Source of the DNA: an uncultured Candidatus Rokubacteria bacterium
GTDB taxonomy: Bacteria > Methylomirabilota > Methylomirabilia > Rokubacteriales > DASRDR01
Direction of reading: 5' to 3'
Length of the DNA stretch: 64,000 nt
NCBI GenBank assembly: GCA_963708025.1
Contig: CAVPSB010000019.1
Location: forward strand, 294,156-358,155
Within the stretch, counting starts at the first letter, position 1, and each line of letters begins with the position of its first letter. Below, piece by piece: positions 28,527 through 37,948 of this stretch. The notes below the pieces were generated by a model, which ran no database searches, was not told the origin of the DNA, and was given only the letters and a program-made list of their open reading frames with translations. Position numbers and translations under genes: made by a program.

Positions 28527-30359
28527 ATGAAGCGAAGCATCAGGAAGATTGTGTTCGTCGAGCCCAAGTCGACCCACCTCCACATCTACAGTCGCGTGTG
28601 CATCCCCCGTCTGGGCTCGGTGCTGCTGGGCACGATCATGCGCAACAAGGGCTACGACGTGCGCGTCTACATCGAGGACATCGGCCCGGTCGACATGAAC
28701 GAGGTGATGAGCGCCGACTTCGTCGGGATCTCCACGCTCACCTCCACGGCGCCCCAGTCGTACCGGCTGGCCGACCGGGTCCGGGCGGCCGGCATCCCGG
28801 TGGCGATCGGCGGGACCCACGTCACCTTCCTCCCCAACGAAGGCCTCCAGCACGCCGACTTCGTGGTGCGGGGCGAGGGGGAGTTCGCCTTCCAGGAGCT
28901 GGTCGACGCCGTCCAGGCTGGCGAGGGATTCGAGAAGGTCCAGAACCTCTCCTACCTCCAGGACGGCACGCCGGTGCACGTCCCGGAGCGGCCGAAGATC
29001 GCGAACCTCGACGTGAACCCGATCCCCGACTACCCGCTGATCCACGGCTGGAAGCCGGGCGGCGTCGTCTCGGTGGCGACCTCCCGCGGCTGCCCCTTCT
29101 CGTGCACCTTCTGCTCGGTGCCCGGCATGTACGGGCACGCCTTCCGGACCCACAGCATCGACCGGGTCATGGAGGAGCTGCGGCTCCACCGGGACTCCGC
29201 CTACATCTTCTTCGCCGACGACATCTTCACGGCGAACAAGAAGCGGGTGAAGGAGTTGCTCTCCCGGATGATCGCGGAAGGGATCACGCCCGAGTGGGGG
29301 GCGCAGGTCCGGAGCGAGACCGTCGACGACCCCGAGCTGCTCAAGCTCATGCGCGACTCCGGCTGCTTCAACGTCTACGTCGGCTTCGAGTCGATCAACC
29401 CGCGGACGCTGAAGCTCTTCCAGAAGAAGCAGGACGTTGACAAGATCAACCGGGCGATCGACCGCTTTCACGAGCACAACATCCGGATCCACGGCATGTT
29501 CGTGGTGGGCTCCGACGAGGACGACGTCGAGACGATCTACGCGACCGCCGACTTCGCCAAGAAGCGGAAGATCGACTCCGTCCAGTTCATGATCCTCACC
29601 CCGATCCCTGGCTCGCCCGACTGGGACACGCTCTACGACAAGGGCAACAAGTACGTCTTCAACACCGACTGGGAGGTCTACGACGGCCATCACGCCGTTC
29701 ACCACCCGCGGCGGATGTCGCCCTACGAGCTGCAGGTGGCCGCCGTGGACGCGATGGCCAAGTTCTACTCCTGGCCCCAGATCATCCGAGGCTTCTTCGG
29801 GAAGGACCGGAAGGACAAGTACTACGCGATGATCCGCTACTGGGGCAAGAAGATGATCAGGGAGTGGTGGAAGCAGAACGGCGAGTACGTCGAGCGCCTG
29901 AAGCGCGAGCTGTACTCGGAGGCCCAGCGGCTCAAGCCCACGGGCTGGCGCCGGGTGGGCGTGCCCGAGGTCTTCATGAAGGACAAGCTCGGCAGCCTCC
30001 TCAAGGCGTTCCTGACCGAGCTGGGCGTGGAGGTGGTCTCGGTCGCCGCCGACGCCCCGGCCGGGAGCTGGCGCCAGAGCTTCGACGCCCTCGTCATGCC
30101 CCACTTCACGGGGCTGTCCAAGCGGGTCGCCAAGGGGCGCGAGGAGCTGGCCCAGACGCTCCAGGAGCTCCAGGCCCAGATCCAGGCCCAGCTCGACCGG
30201 CTGCCCCAGGTGCCGTTCCCGCTCGGGGACGAGCCCGGTCCGCTCTACGAGCCCTTCGCGAAGATCGGCCTCCTGTTCACCTCCAACCTGGAGCGGGTGC
30301 GCCAGGCCTATCGGAAAGCGGGAGCGGCAGAAGGCCTCTGGGAGCCAGTGGAGGCCTAG
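28527..30359 (+). CDS. B12-binding radical SAM protein with C-terminal extension
   Basis: Cobalamin-binding domain (GGTHVT, VVRGEGE); SRGCPFSCTFC (CX3CX2C); FADDIF; VGFES; SD GGAGG. Confidence 0.9.
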   Translation: MKRSIRKIVFVEPKSTHLHIYSRVCIPRLGSVLLGTIMRNKGYDVRVYIEDIGPVDMNEVMSADFVGISTLTSTAPQSYRLADRVRAAGIPVAIGGTHVTFLPNEGLQHADFVVRGEGEFAFQELVDAVQAGEGFEKVQNLSYLQDGTPVHVPERPKIANLDVNPIPDYPLIHGWKPGGVVSVATSRGCPFSCTFCSVPGMYGHAFRTHSIDRVMEELRLHRDSAYIFFADDIFTANKKRVKELLSRMIAEGITPEWGAQVRSETVDDPELLKLMRDSGCFNVYVGFESINPRTLKLFQKKQDVDKINRAIDRFHEHNIRIHGMFVVGSDEDDVETIYATADFAKKRKIDSVQFMILTPIPGSPDWDTLYDKGNKYVFNTDWEVYDGHHAVHHPRRMSPYELQVAAVDAMAKFYSWPQIIRGFFGKDRKDKYYAMIRYWGKKMIREWWKQNGEYVERLKRELYSEAQRLKPTGWRRVGVPEVFMKDKLGSLLKAFLTELGVEVVSVAADAPAGSWRQSFDALVMPHFTGLSKRVAKGREELAQTLQELQAQIQAQLDRLPQVPFPLGDEPGPLYEPFAKIGLLFTSNLERVRQAYRKAGAAEGLWEPVEA

Positions 30360-30382
30360 CCTCCGCGCTGTCTCTTTCCGCT

Positions 30383-30417
30383 CCCTCTCCCTCCCAGGGA
30401 GAGGGTTGGGGTGAGGG
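30383..30417 (+). repeat. CCCTCTCCC...GGGAGAGGG palindromic repeat family C (also 38881-38917; related 36853-36882)
   Basis: CCCTCTCCC-N-GGGAGAGGG-N3-GGGTGAGGG found twice after stop codons. Confidence 0.7.
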
Positions 30418-30564
30418 TCTCTGGCCTCGGAGTCCGTGAACCGATGCCGGGGCTCCGATTCCCACCAGCCCATCGGCTGCCCGCAACCCTCTGGCTCAGG
30501 CCACGCGGCCGCGGTGTTCCACTTCGAGCCGCGGCTTTGCCGCGGCCTCCGAGGGGGGGGCCTC

Positions 30565-30587
30565 GGGGGGGTCTTCCGAACCCCCCC
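30565..30587. repeat. GGGGGTCTTCCGA..CCCCC hairpin family D (also 16879-16897, 26572-26590 reverse, 35597-35619)
   Basis: Same TCTTCCGA loop with G/C stem at four intergenic sites next to stop codons. Confidence 0.7.
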
Positions 30588-30595
30588 GGAGAATC

Positions 30596-31270
30596 TCAGA
30601 GGGGGCGGGTGGCGAACTCCCGGTTCAGCGCCAGGCCTTTCCGGCAGAGGGGACAGTCCTCCGGAGCGTAGGTCGGGAAGTCCCGCTTCACGAGGCTGAA
30701 GACCGGCCTTCCCAGATCGACCTTCGAGTTCCGCTGCCAGAGGCAGGCGATCCCGGTCACCGTGCCCCCCTGGCGCTCGACCAGCTCGATCAGGAGCTTG
30801 AGCGTCTCGCCGGTCGTGATCAGGTCCTCGACGATCAGCACCTTGGTGCCCCGTCCGATGATCCGCTCGAACTCGTCGGGAAGCCGCACGCGACGCTGGG
30901 GCCCGGTCGCGCCCCCCACGCCCTTGGTGGCGTAGACGAGCAGCGGCCGGCCGGGGAGGGCGCGCGCGACGCAGTGGGCGAGGATCAGCGCCCCCAGCCC
31001 GGTCGAGAGGACGACGTCGGTCGGCCACTCGGCGAACTGCTTGGCGATGACGACGCCGAGCCCCTCGGTGAACGACGGCTCGGTCGTCACCAGGGCCTTG
31101 TCGATGAACTCGGGGGCGTGGTGGCCGGAGGGCAGGAGGAAATGATCGCTCCCGCGGTACGCCCCGGTCCGGCGCAGGATCTCCAGGTGGATCTTCTCGC
31201 GGACCTCCGCGTCGGCCAGGGTGGAGACTCGCGGGGCGCGGGGCGGGGTGGCCGGCTTCTCCCGGGACAT
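30596..31270 (-). CDS. Orotate phosphoribosyltransferase-like PRTase
   Basis: HFLLPSGHH, PRPP motif VLIVEDLITTGET, C-terminal CPLC; PyrE-like but divergent. Confidence 0.75.
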   Translation of the reverse strand: MSREKPATPPRAPRVSTLADAEVREKIHLEILRRTGAYRGSDHFLLPSGHHAPEFIDKALVTTEPSFTEGLGVVIAKQFAEWPTDVVLSTGLGALILAHCVARALPGRPLLVYATKGVGGATGPQRRVRLPDEFERIIGRGTKVLIVEDLITTGETLKLLIELVERQGGTVTGIACLWQRNSKVDLGRPVFSLVKRDFPTYAPEDCPLCRKGLALNREFATRPL

Positions 31271-31476
31271 CACGATCTCCTGTGCTGGGGCTCGCCGCGT
31301 GTCCGGGCGCCGAGGAGCGGCGGTCGGGGCCGCGCGTCGCGGACGACCAGCTCCTCGTGGCACGCCGGGCAGACCTCGCGCCCGGCTGACCGGAGGATCT
31401 CCCGGGGTCTCATGTGCTCGTCACACCGCTCGCACGCCGGGTTGTTGCAGAAGCGGACCAGCTCACCGGCGCCCAT
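31270..31476 (-). CDS. Small Zn-ribbon protein
   Basis: CNNPAC...CPAC; TGATG coupling to the PRTase. Confidence 0.55.
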   Translation of the reverse strand: MGAGELVRFCNNPACERCDEHMRPREILRSAGREVCPACHEELVVRDARPRPPLLGARTRGEPQHRRS

Positions 31477-31629
31477 CGCGCGATCCCGGCCCCTCCCGCC
31501 CCCCGGGCGAGGGCGGGGCACGCCCGGCCGGGCAATTTCCGATCATCGTGGCTTGGGCCTCGCCGCTTGTCAACCGAGGCCACCGGCCCGTCGCCGGCGC
31601 CCTTCCGATCGCTGGGCCGGCCGCCTTGC

Positions 31630-31658
31630 TTGACCGTCCCTGGGCGCCCGCGTAGACT
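31630..31658 (+). promoter_or_regulatory. Leaderless-type promoter of tsaB
   Basis: TTGACC-N17-TAGACT, 7 nt before GTG, no SD. Confidence 0.7.
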
Positions 31659-31665
31659 GGCCCGC

Positions 31666-32382
31666 GTGAGAGTCCTCGCCGTGGAAACCTCCACGCTGAC
31701 GGGGGCGGCGGCGCTGCTGGAGGGCGACACGGTCGTCGGGGAGTGCCGGCTGAACGTCGCCGTCACCCACTCCGAGCGGCTCCTCCCCGCCGTTGATCAC
31801 CTGCTTCGAACCGCGGGGCGCACGCTGGCCGACGTCGATGCCCTCGCCGTGGCCCTCGGCCCCGGCTCCTTCACTGGGCTCCGCATCGGCGTCAGCACCA
31901 TGAAGAGCCTGGCCTTCGCGACGGGGAAGCCCCTGGCGGGGGTCCCGACCCTCGACGCGCTGGCCTGGACCCTGCCCTTCGCCCGCCACCCGGTCTGCCC
32001 GATCCTGGACGCCAAGAAGGGCGAGGTCTACGCCGCGCTCTACCGGACCGACGGCGGGCGGCTCGAGCGACTCTGGGAGGACCGGGCCGTCGCCCCCGAG
32101 CGGCTGGCGGCGGCGCTGGCGGCGGAGGTCCCGGGACCGGTCGTCTTCCTCGGCGACGGCGTCGCGCCCTTCGCTCCGCTGCTCCGCCGCCTTCTCGGCG
32201 ACGACGCCTGCCTCGTCCCGCCGGCGAACCGGCTCCCGTCGGCCGCCACCGTGGCGGAGCTGGGGCGGGCGGCCCTCGAACGGGGCGAGAGCGCCGATCC
32301 CGCCGCGCTCGTGCCGCGCTACCTCCGCCGGTCCGAGGCCGAGCTGGTCCGGGAACGTCACCATGCCGGTCCCACGCATTGA
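31666..32382 (+). CDS. tsaB: tRNA threonylcarbamoyladenosine biosynthesis protein TsaB
   Basis: LAVETST, HSERLLP, GPGSFTGLRIG, DAKKGEVY, PRYLR. Confidence 0.95.
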   Translation: MRVLAVETSTLTGAAALLEGDTVVGECRLNVAVTHSERLLPAVDHLLRTAGRTLADVDALAVALGPGSFTGLRIGVSTMKSLAFATGKPLAGVPTLDALAWTLPFARHPVCPILDAKKGEVYAALYRTDGGRLERLWEDRAVAPERLAAALAAEVPGPVVFLGDGVAPFAPLLRRLLGDDACLVPPANRLPSAATVAELGRAALERGESADPAALVPRYLRRSEAELVRERHHAGPTH

Positions 32383-32893
32383 GCCGATGCGGGTCGAGGA
32401 CCTCGACGAGGTGCTCGAGATCGAGCGAGTCTCGTTCCCGCACCCGTGGTCGCGCAACGCCTTCCTCTACGAGCTGCGCGAGAACCGGGTGGCCCGCCTC
32501 TGGGTCGGGCGCACGCCAGATGAGCCCCGGGCCCCGATCGTCGCCTATCTCTGCCTGTGGCTCATCGCCGACGAGGTCCACGTGACGAACTTCGCGGTGC
32601 ACCCGTCCCAGCGCCAGCAGGGGATCGGGCGCCAGCTCCTGGGGACCCTGCTGGAGCTGTACCGGCAACAGGGGGCGACCCGGGCGGCGCTCGAGGTGCG
32701 GCCGGGCAACCACCCGGCCCGGCGGCTCTACGAGGCCTTCGGCTTCCGCCAGGTGGGGCTCCGCCGGGGCTACTACTTCGACACCGGCGAGGACGCCCTG
32801 CTCATGGAAGCCCGGCTCGGTCCGGACGACGGGGCCGCATCGCCCGAGGCCCCGGTCCGCCCGCGCCGCGCGGCCGGGAACCCCCGCCCCTGA
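32363..32893 (+). CDS. rimI: Ribosomal protein alanine N-acetyltransferase RimI
   Basis: IERVSFPHPWS, AVHP..RQQGIG, LEVRPGN, LYEAFGF, RRGYY..GEDAL; follows tsaB. Confidence 0.9.
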   Translation: MPVPRIEPMRVEDLDEVLEIERVSFPHPWSRNAFLYELRENRVARLWVGRTPDEPRAPIVAYLCLWLIADEVHVTNFAVHPSQRQQGIGRQLLGTLLELYRQQGATRAALEVRPGNHPARRLYEAFGFRQVGLRRGYYFDTGEDALLMEARLGPDDGAASPEAPVRPRRAAGNPRP

Positions 32894-33876
32894 TGAGGCG
32901 TTGTTCAAGTAGCGCGGGCATTCCGTCGCCCGTCACGGCGGTCTGTCCGAGCGGTCGCCCCGGACTCCGGGCGGTGGCCCTCGCCGGCCGGCTGGCGGTG
33001 CTGGCGGCGGTCCTGGCGTCGCTGGCCGATCCCGCCAGCGGGCAGGGGAGCCCCGGTGGCGAGCTGGTCGCGCGGGGGAAGTACATCCTGGGCGCCGCGG
33101 CCGGGTGTGGCTGTCACAGCGAGCCGGGGAAGGCGGAGCCGGGCAAGACGCTGAACGCCGGCGGCCGCAAGTACGACGGGCCCTTCGGCACCGTCTACGC
33201 CACCAACATCACGCCGGACAAGCAGGCGGGGATCGGCAACTGGACGGACGACCAGATCATCGCGGCGATCCGGCTGGGCCGCCGGCCGAACGGGGAGCGG
33301 CTGATCCCGGTGCACCCGTACCCCGTCTTCAACGGGATGGCGGAGACCGACCTGCGGGCGCTCGTCGCCTACCTACGCAGCGTCCCGCCGGTGAACCGGC
33401 CGAACACCGCGAAGAAGATCACGATCCCGCTCTTCGAGAGCGTCTTCCTGCCGGCCTGGCTCGCCGCCTTCGCCCCGCGCGAGACGCCGCCGCCGATGGC
33501 CCCGACCGGCGGGCTGGCCCGGGGCGAGTACCTGGTGCGGGCGGTCGGTCACTGCGGCGAGTGCCACACGCCGCGGGGGATGACGAACGCCACCGACAAC
33601 TCGCGGTTCCTGGGTGGGACGGCGAAGGGTCCCGACGGCGATCCGGTGCCGAACATCACGCCGGACAAGGCCACCGGCCTCACCTGGTCGGAGGAGGAGA
33701 TCGCCGACTACATGGAGACCGGCAACAAGCCGGACGGCGACGTGGCCGGCGGGCTGATGGCGGAGGTCATCCAGGGGTCGTCGGCCGGGTACAAGGACCT
33801 GACGAAAGAGGACCGGCTGGCGATCGCGCGGTACCTGAAGACCGTGCCGCCGATCAAGAACAAGGTGTCGAAGTGA
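32893..33876 (+). CDS. Periplasmic diheme c-type cytochrome
   Basis: Signal peptide; ARGKYI..AGCGCHS (atypical CXCH), NITPD..GIGNW, RGEYLV..HCGECHTPR. Start uncertain. Confidence 0.85.
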   Translation: MRRCSSSAGIPSPVTAVCPSGRPGLRAVALAGRLAVLAAVLASLADPASGQGSPGGELVARGKYILGAAAGCGCHSEPGKAEPGKTLNAGGRKYDGPFGTVYATNITPDKQAGIGNWTDDQIIAAIRLGRRPNGERLIPVHPYPVFNGMAETDLRALVAYLRSVPPVNRPNTAKKITIPLFESVFLPAWLAAFAPRETPPPMAPTGGLARGEYLVRAVGHCGECHTPRGMTNATDNSRFLGGTAKGPDGDPVPNITPDKATGLTWSEEEIADYMETGNKPDGDVAGGLMAEVIQGSSAGYKDLTKEDRLAIARYLKTVPPIKNKVSK

Positions 33877-33937
33877 GGCGGTCAACCACAACCCGGACCG
33901 GACCTCCGGGTCCTGTCCACCAACCGAAGGAGGCGGC

Positions 33938-34411
33938 ATGAATCGACGCCGGACCCTGTGGAGTGCCCTGGTCATCGGCCTGCTCGGCTTCGCCGTCGTC
34001 GGCGTCGCCCTCGCCCAGATGGCGAAGATCGGCTCGGGCGACGTGATCGCCGACCGCCAGCGCCTGATGAAGCTCAACGGCGCCAGCTGGAAGGACGTGC
34101 AGGACAAGATCAAGGCCGGCCAGATCGAGGCGGTCGCGGTGAACGCCGAGACCATGGCCCTCAACTCCGCGCACATCACGGCGCTCTTCCCCCAGGGCTC
34201 GACGAGCGACAAGTCCGCCGCCAAGCCGGAGATCTGGCAGAAGTGGACCGAGTTCGAGAGCGCGGCGAAGAACTTCGGGGAGTGGTCGGTCAAGCTCCGC
34301 GACGCCGCCCGCGCCAAGGACGAGGTCCAGGTCCAGGCGATCGCCAAGGACTTCGGCCGCCAGGCCTGCGGGACCTGCCACCAGCCCTTCCGGGTGCCGC
34401 CCAAGTCCTGA
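33938..34411 (+). CDS. Cytochrome c' / c556 (class II)
   Basis: Signal peptide; RQRLMK, LFPQGS, AKPEIW, C-terminal CGTCHQPFR; SD AGGAGG. Confidence 0.9.
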   Translation: MNRRRTLWSALVIGLLGFAVVGVALAQMAKIGSGDVIADRQRLMKLNGASWKDVQDKIKAGQIEAVAVNAETMALNSAHITALFPQGSTSDKSAAKPEIWQKWTEFESAAKNFGEWSVKLRDAARAKDEVQVQAIAKDFGRQACGTCHQPFRVPPKS

Positions 34412-34482
34412 TCCGTCGAGGTCGGAGGGGGCTCCCGATCGAACGGGGCCCCCTCCGAGCCTCCCCGCTTCCGACCCCCGTC

Positions 34483-34854
34483 ATGGCGTCCGCCGAGGCG
34501 ACCCGCCAGGTCGTGGACCGGTTCAACCGGGCGTTCAACGACCACGACGTCGATGCGGTGATGGCGCTCAGCACGGACGACACGGTGCTGGAGACCACGC
34601 TGCCGAGGCCGGACGGCCAGCGTCTGGTCGGCCAGGCCGCGGTCCGCCGGTACTGGGAGGAGTTCTTCCGCGCGTCGCCCACCGCCCGGTTCGAGTCCGA
34701 GGAGATCTTTCCGAGCGAGGACCGGTGCGTCGTGCGCTGGCTCTATCGCTGGGCCGAGGATCGGCCGGACCGGCCCGGTCACGTGCGCGGCGTGGACGTC
34801 TTCCGGGTCCGCGACGGCAAGATCGCCGAGAAGCTCGTCTACGTGAAGGGGTAG
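34483..34854 (+). CDS. SnoaL-like/NTF2 family protein
   Basis: FNRAFNDHDVDAVM, GQAAVRRYW, RGVDVFRVRDGKIAEK. Confidence 0.85.
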   Translation: MASAEATRQVVDRFNRAFNDHDVDAVMALSTDDTVLETTLPRPDGQRLVGQAAVRRYWEEFFRASPTARFESEEIFPSEDRCVVRWLYRWAEDRPDRPGHVRGVDVFRVRDGKIAEKLVYVKG

Positions 34855-34997
34855 CCGCGCCCCGACCAGCCCCGGCGGCCGCTCGCCGGCCGCTCCCTGC
34901 CGGCTCGGTGGTGTCTCAACGCTGCGTCGAATCAGGACAATCCTGCCGGTTCCTCTCTAGTCGTTCCCACCGACTGGCGGTGCTAAGATCGGCGTCA

Positions 34998-35591
34998 GTG
35001 TCGACAGCCGAGGAGACGCCGCAGACTCCCGAGGAACGAGCCCGCCTGCTGGAGGTGCTCCGGAAGATCCTCCAGTCCATCGGCTCGGTCCGTGACGAGT
35101 GGGAGATCTTCGAGACCGCGGTCCGCGAGTCCGCGCGGCAGCTCCGGTACGATTGGGTCAGCCTGGTGCTCGAGGACCTGGACGAGCGGACGGCCCGGGT
35201 CTTCCTCTCGACACCGCCCGGCAGCGGGGCCCTCCGGGTCGGCGAGGTCGTCGACCGTCGCTCCGGCTTCTGGGAGGCGATGCAGACGGGCCGCCCGTTC
35301 ATCCGCGAGTCCCTGGACCGGGGCGGCCCCTTCTGGGAGGACGCCGCCCTGCGCAAGCTGGGCGTCACCGGCTACGCGGCCATCCCCCTGATGCTGCGGG
35401 GCAAGATCATCGGCACCTTCAACATCGGAACCCGCGACGCCGCCGTCTTGCCGGCGAACGTGACCCTCATGACCCTCCTGGCCGAGTTCCTCGCCAACGC
35501 CGTGCTGGCCGCGCGGCTGATCGCCGAGGTGCAGCAGGGGCTGTCGCGGCTCCGCGACAAGGTCGCGACCCCGCCCCCGCCCCAGCTCTGA
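34998..35591 (+). CDS. Stand-alone GAF domain protein
   Basis: YAAIPLMLRGKIIGTFNI; extended -10 TGcTAAGAT 8 nt before GTG. Confidence 0.75.
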   Translation: MSTAEETPQTPEERARLLEVLRKILQSIGSVRDEWEIFETAVRESARQLRYDWVSLVLEDLDERTARVFLSTPPGSGALRVGEVVDRRSGFWEAMQTGRPFIRESLDRGGPFWEDAALRKLGVTGYAAIPLMLRGKIIGTFNIGTRDAAVLPANVTLMTLLAEFLANAVLAARLIAEVQQGLSRLRDKVATPPPPQL

Positions 35592-35643
35592 AAATCGGGG
35601 GGTCTTCCGAGATCCCCCCGAGGCGTGCCACAATCGGCCTGAC

Positions 35644-36828
35644 ATGGCGCGCGCGTTCGCCGGGGTCCGCTTCCTGGACCTGTCCCGACTCCTGCCCGGT
35701 CCGTACTGCTCGCTCCTGTTCGCCGACCTGGGCGCCGAGGTCATCAAGGTCGAGGAGCCCGGCCTCGGCGACTACGCGCGGCAGACGCCCCCCCACTGGG
35801 GGGACTCCGGGATCGGGTCGTACTTCCTCCTCCTCAACCGCAACAAGAAGAGCCTGTCGCTGAACCTCAAGACCGAGGGCGGCAAGGCGGTCTTCCGTCG
35901 CCTGGTCGAGACCGCCGACGTGCTGCTCGAGAGCTTCCGCCCGGGCGTGATGGACCGGCTCGGCCTCGGCTGGGAAACCCTGTCGGCGCTCAACCCGCGG
36001 CTCGTCTACTGCGCGATCACCGGCTACGGCCAGGACGGCCCCTACCGCGACCTGGTGGGTCACGACATCAACTACATGGGCTACGCCGGCGCCCTCTCGC
36101 TGACGGGGCCGCGCGGGGGTGCCCCGCTGATGCCGGGCGTGCAGGTGGCCGACCTCGGCGGCGGCTCGCTCCTGGCCGCGTTCGCCATCGCCGCCGCGCT
36201 CCACCACCGCCACGCGTCGGGCCGGGGGCAGTTCATCGACGCCGCGATGACGGACGGCGTCGTTTCGTGGCTGTCGGCGTATCTCGGCCCCTTCTTCGCC
36301 GCCGGCCGAGTGCCGGAGCGGGGCGAGGAGCGGCTGAACGGCGGCTGGGCGTGCTACCAGGTCTTCGCGGCTGCCGACGGGCGTCACGTGACGCTCGGCG
36401 CGCTGGAGCCGAAGTTCTGGGCCAACTTCTGCCGGCTGGTCGGGCGCGAGGACCTGGTGTCGCTCCAGTACGCGGAAGGCGAGGCGCGCGACCGGGCGGA
36501 GGCCGAGGTGCGGGCAATCTTCCGGACGAAGCCCCGGGACGAGTGGGTGCGGCTCTTGCAGACCGAGGACGTCTGCGCGGGGCCGGTCCTCGAGCTGGAC
36601 GAGATGGTCCGGGATCCGCAGCTCGCCGCGCGGGGTCTCTTCCAGTCCGTGCGTCACCCGCTCCTCGGCGTGATCCCCCAGGTGGCCTTTCCGGTGAAGC
36701 TCTCCGAGACGCCGGGGCGCGTGGACACGCCGCCGCCCGCGCTGGGGGCGGACACGGACGGGATCCTCGCCGAGCTGGGCTACGACGGCGAGGCGGTGGC
36801 CTCGCTCCGGCGCGACGGCGCCATCTGA
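35644..36828 (+). CDS. CoA-transferase family III (CaiB/BaiF)
   Basis: LDLSRLLPGP, LGAEVIKVE, NRNKKS, ESFRPGVMDRLG, GHDINY. Confidence 0.93.
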   Translation: MARAFAGVRFLDLSRLLPGPYCSLLFADLGAEVIKVEEPGLGDYARQTPPHWGDSGIGSYFLLLNRNKKSLSLNLKTEGGKAVFRRLVETADVLLESFRPGVMDRLGLGWETLSALNPRLVYCAITGYGQDGPYRDLVGHDINYMGYAGALSLTGPRGGAPLMPGVQVADLGGGSLLAAFAIAAALHHRHASGRGQFIDAAMTDGVVSWLSAYLGPFFAAGRVPERGEERLNGGWACYQVFAAADGRHVTLGALEPKFWANFCRLVGREDLVSLQYAEGEARDRAEAEVRAIFRTKPRDEWVRLLQTEDVCAGPVLELDEMVRDPQLAARGLFQSVRHPLLGVIPQVAFPVKLSETPGRVDTPPPALGADTDGILAELGYDGEAVASLRRDGAI

Positions 36829-36933
36829 GAGGTGAAGGAATGGGCCCTCCGGCCCCCCCTCCCCCAGTGGGGGGAAGGGGGGCCACAGGCCGAAGGCCGT
36901 CGAAGGATCGGGTAGGAGGGAGGTCCCGAACAA

Positions 36934-37923
36934 ATGGCCGAGCGCGGCCTGGAGCTGGTCGAGCGGATGCTCGGCGGCGATCGTCTCGCCCTCGCCCGCC
37001 TGATCACGCTGGTCGAGAACCGCTCGGCGCTGGTGCCGGAGATCATGCGCCGGATCCACGACCGCACCGGCCGCGCGTACACGGTGGGGATGACGGGGCC
37101 GCCGGGGGCGGGGAAGAGCACCCTGGTCGATGCCCTCACCGCCCGGCTCCGGAAGACGGAGGCGCGGGTCGGGATCGTGGCGGTGGATCCCACCAGCCCC
37201 TTCACCGGCGGTGCCGTGCTCGGCGACCGGATCCGGATGCAGACCCACACGCTGGATGCCGGCGTCTTCATCCGCAGCATGGCCACCCGGGGCAGCCTGG
37301 GCGGGCTCGCGCGGGCCACCGCGTCGGTGCAGAAGCTCCTCGACGCCTTCGGCCACGACTGGATCCTGGTGGAGACGGTGGGGGTGGGCCAGAGCGAGCT
37401 GGACATCATGCGGCTGGCCGACACCACGGTCGTCGTGCTCGTTCCCGAGTCCGGCGACTCGATCCAGACGATGAAGGCCGGCCTCCTGGAGGTGGCCGAC
37501 GTGCTCGTCGTCAACAAGGCGGACCGCGACGGCGCCCACGCGCTGGTCACCGAGCTGCGCTTCATGGTGCACCTCCACCAGCGCGGCCAGCAGGCGGCCC
37601 GGGAGCTGGACTGGGAGGTGCCGGTGCTGGCCACGGTGGCCGCCAGCGGGGTGGGCGTGGACGAGCTGACCGCCGAGATCCAGCGCCACCGGGCCGCCCT
37701 CGAGGCGAGCGGTACGCTCGCGCGGCGCCGCCAGGCCCGCCGGACGCGCGAGCTGCGGGATCTCCTGATGGCCGAGCTGCGCCGGGAGGTGGACGAGGCG
37801 CTCGCCGACGGCGGGCTGCTCGCGCCGCTGCTGGCGGACGTGGAGGCCGGGCGGCTCGACCCCTACTCCGCCGTCGGCGAGATCGTCGAGCGGGTCCGGG
37901 CCCTCCGCCGGGCCCACGACTGA
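36934..37923 (+). CDS. meaB: Methylmalonyl-CoA mutase-associated GTPase MeaB/ArgK
   Basis: GPPGAGKST, VDPTSPFTGGAVLGDRIRM, ETVGVGQSE, NKAD. Confidence 0.92.
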   Translation: MAERGLELVERMLGGDRLALARLITLVENRSALVPEIMRRIHDRTGRAYTVGMTGPPGAGKSTLVDALTARLRKTEARVGIVAVDPTSPFTGGAVLGDRIRMQTHTLDAGVFIRSMATRGSLGGLARATASVQKLLDAFGHDWILVETVGVGQSELDIMRLADTTVVVLVPESGDSIQTMKAGLLEVADVLVVNKADRDGAHALVTELRFMVHLHQRGQQAARELDWEVPVLATVAASGVGVDELTAEIQRHRAALEASGTLARRRQARRTRELRDLLMAELRREVDEALADGGLLAPLLADVEAGRLDPYSAVGEIVERVRALRRAHD

Positions 37924-37948
37924 ACCGGTCCGGCCGCCTGCGGCGTCC

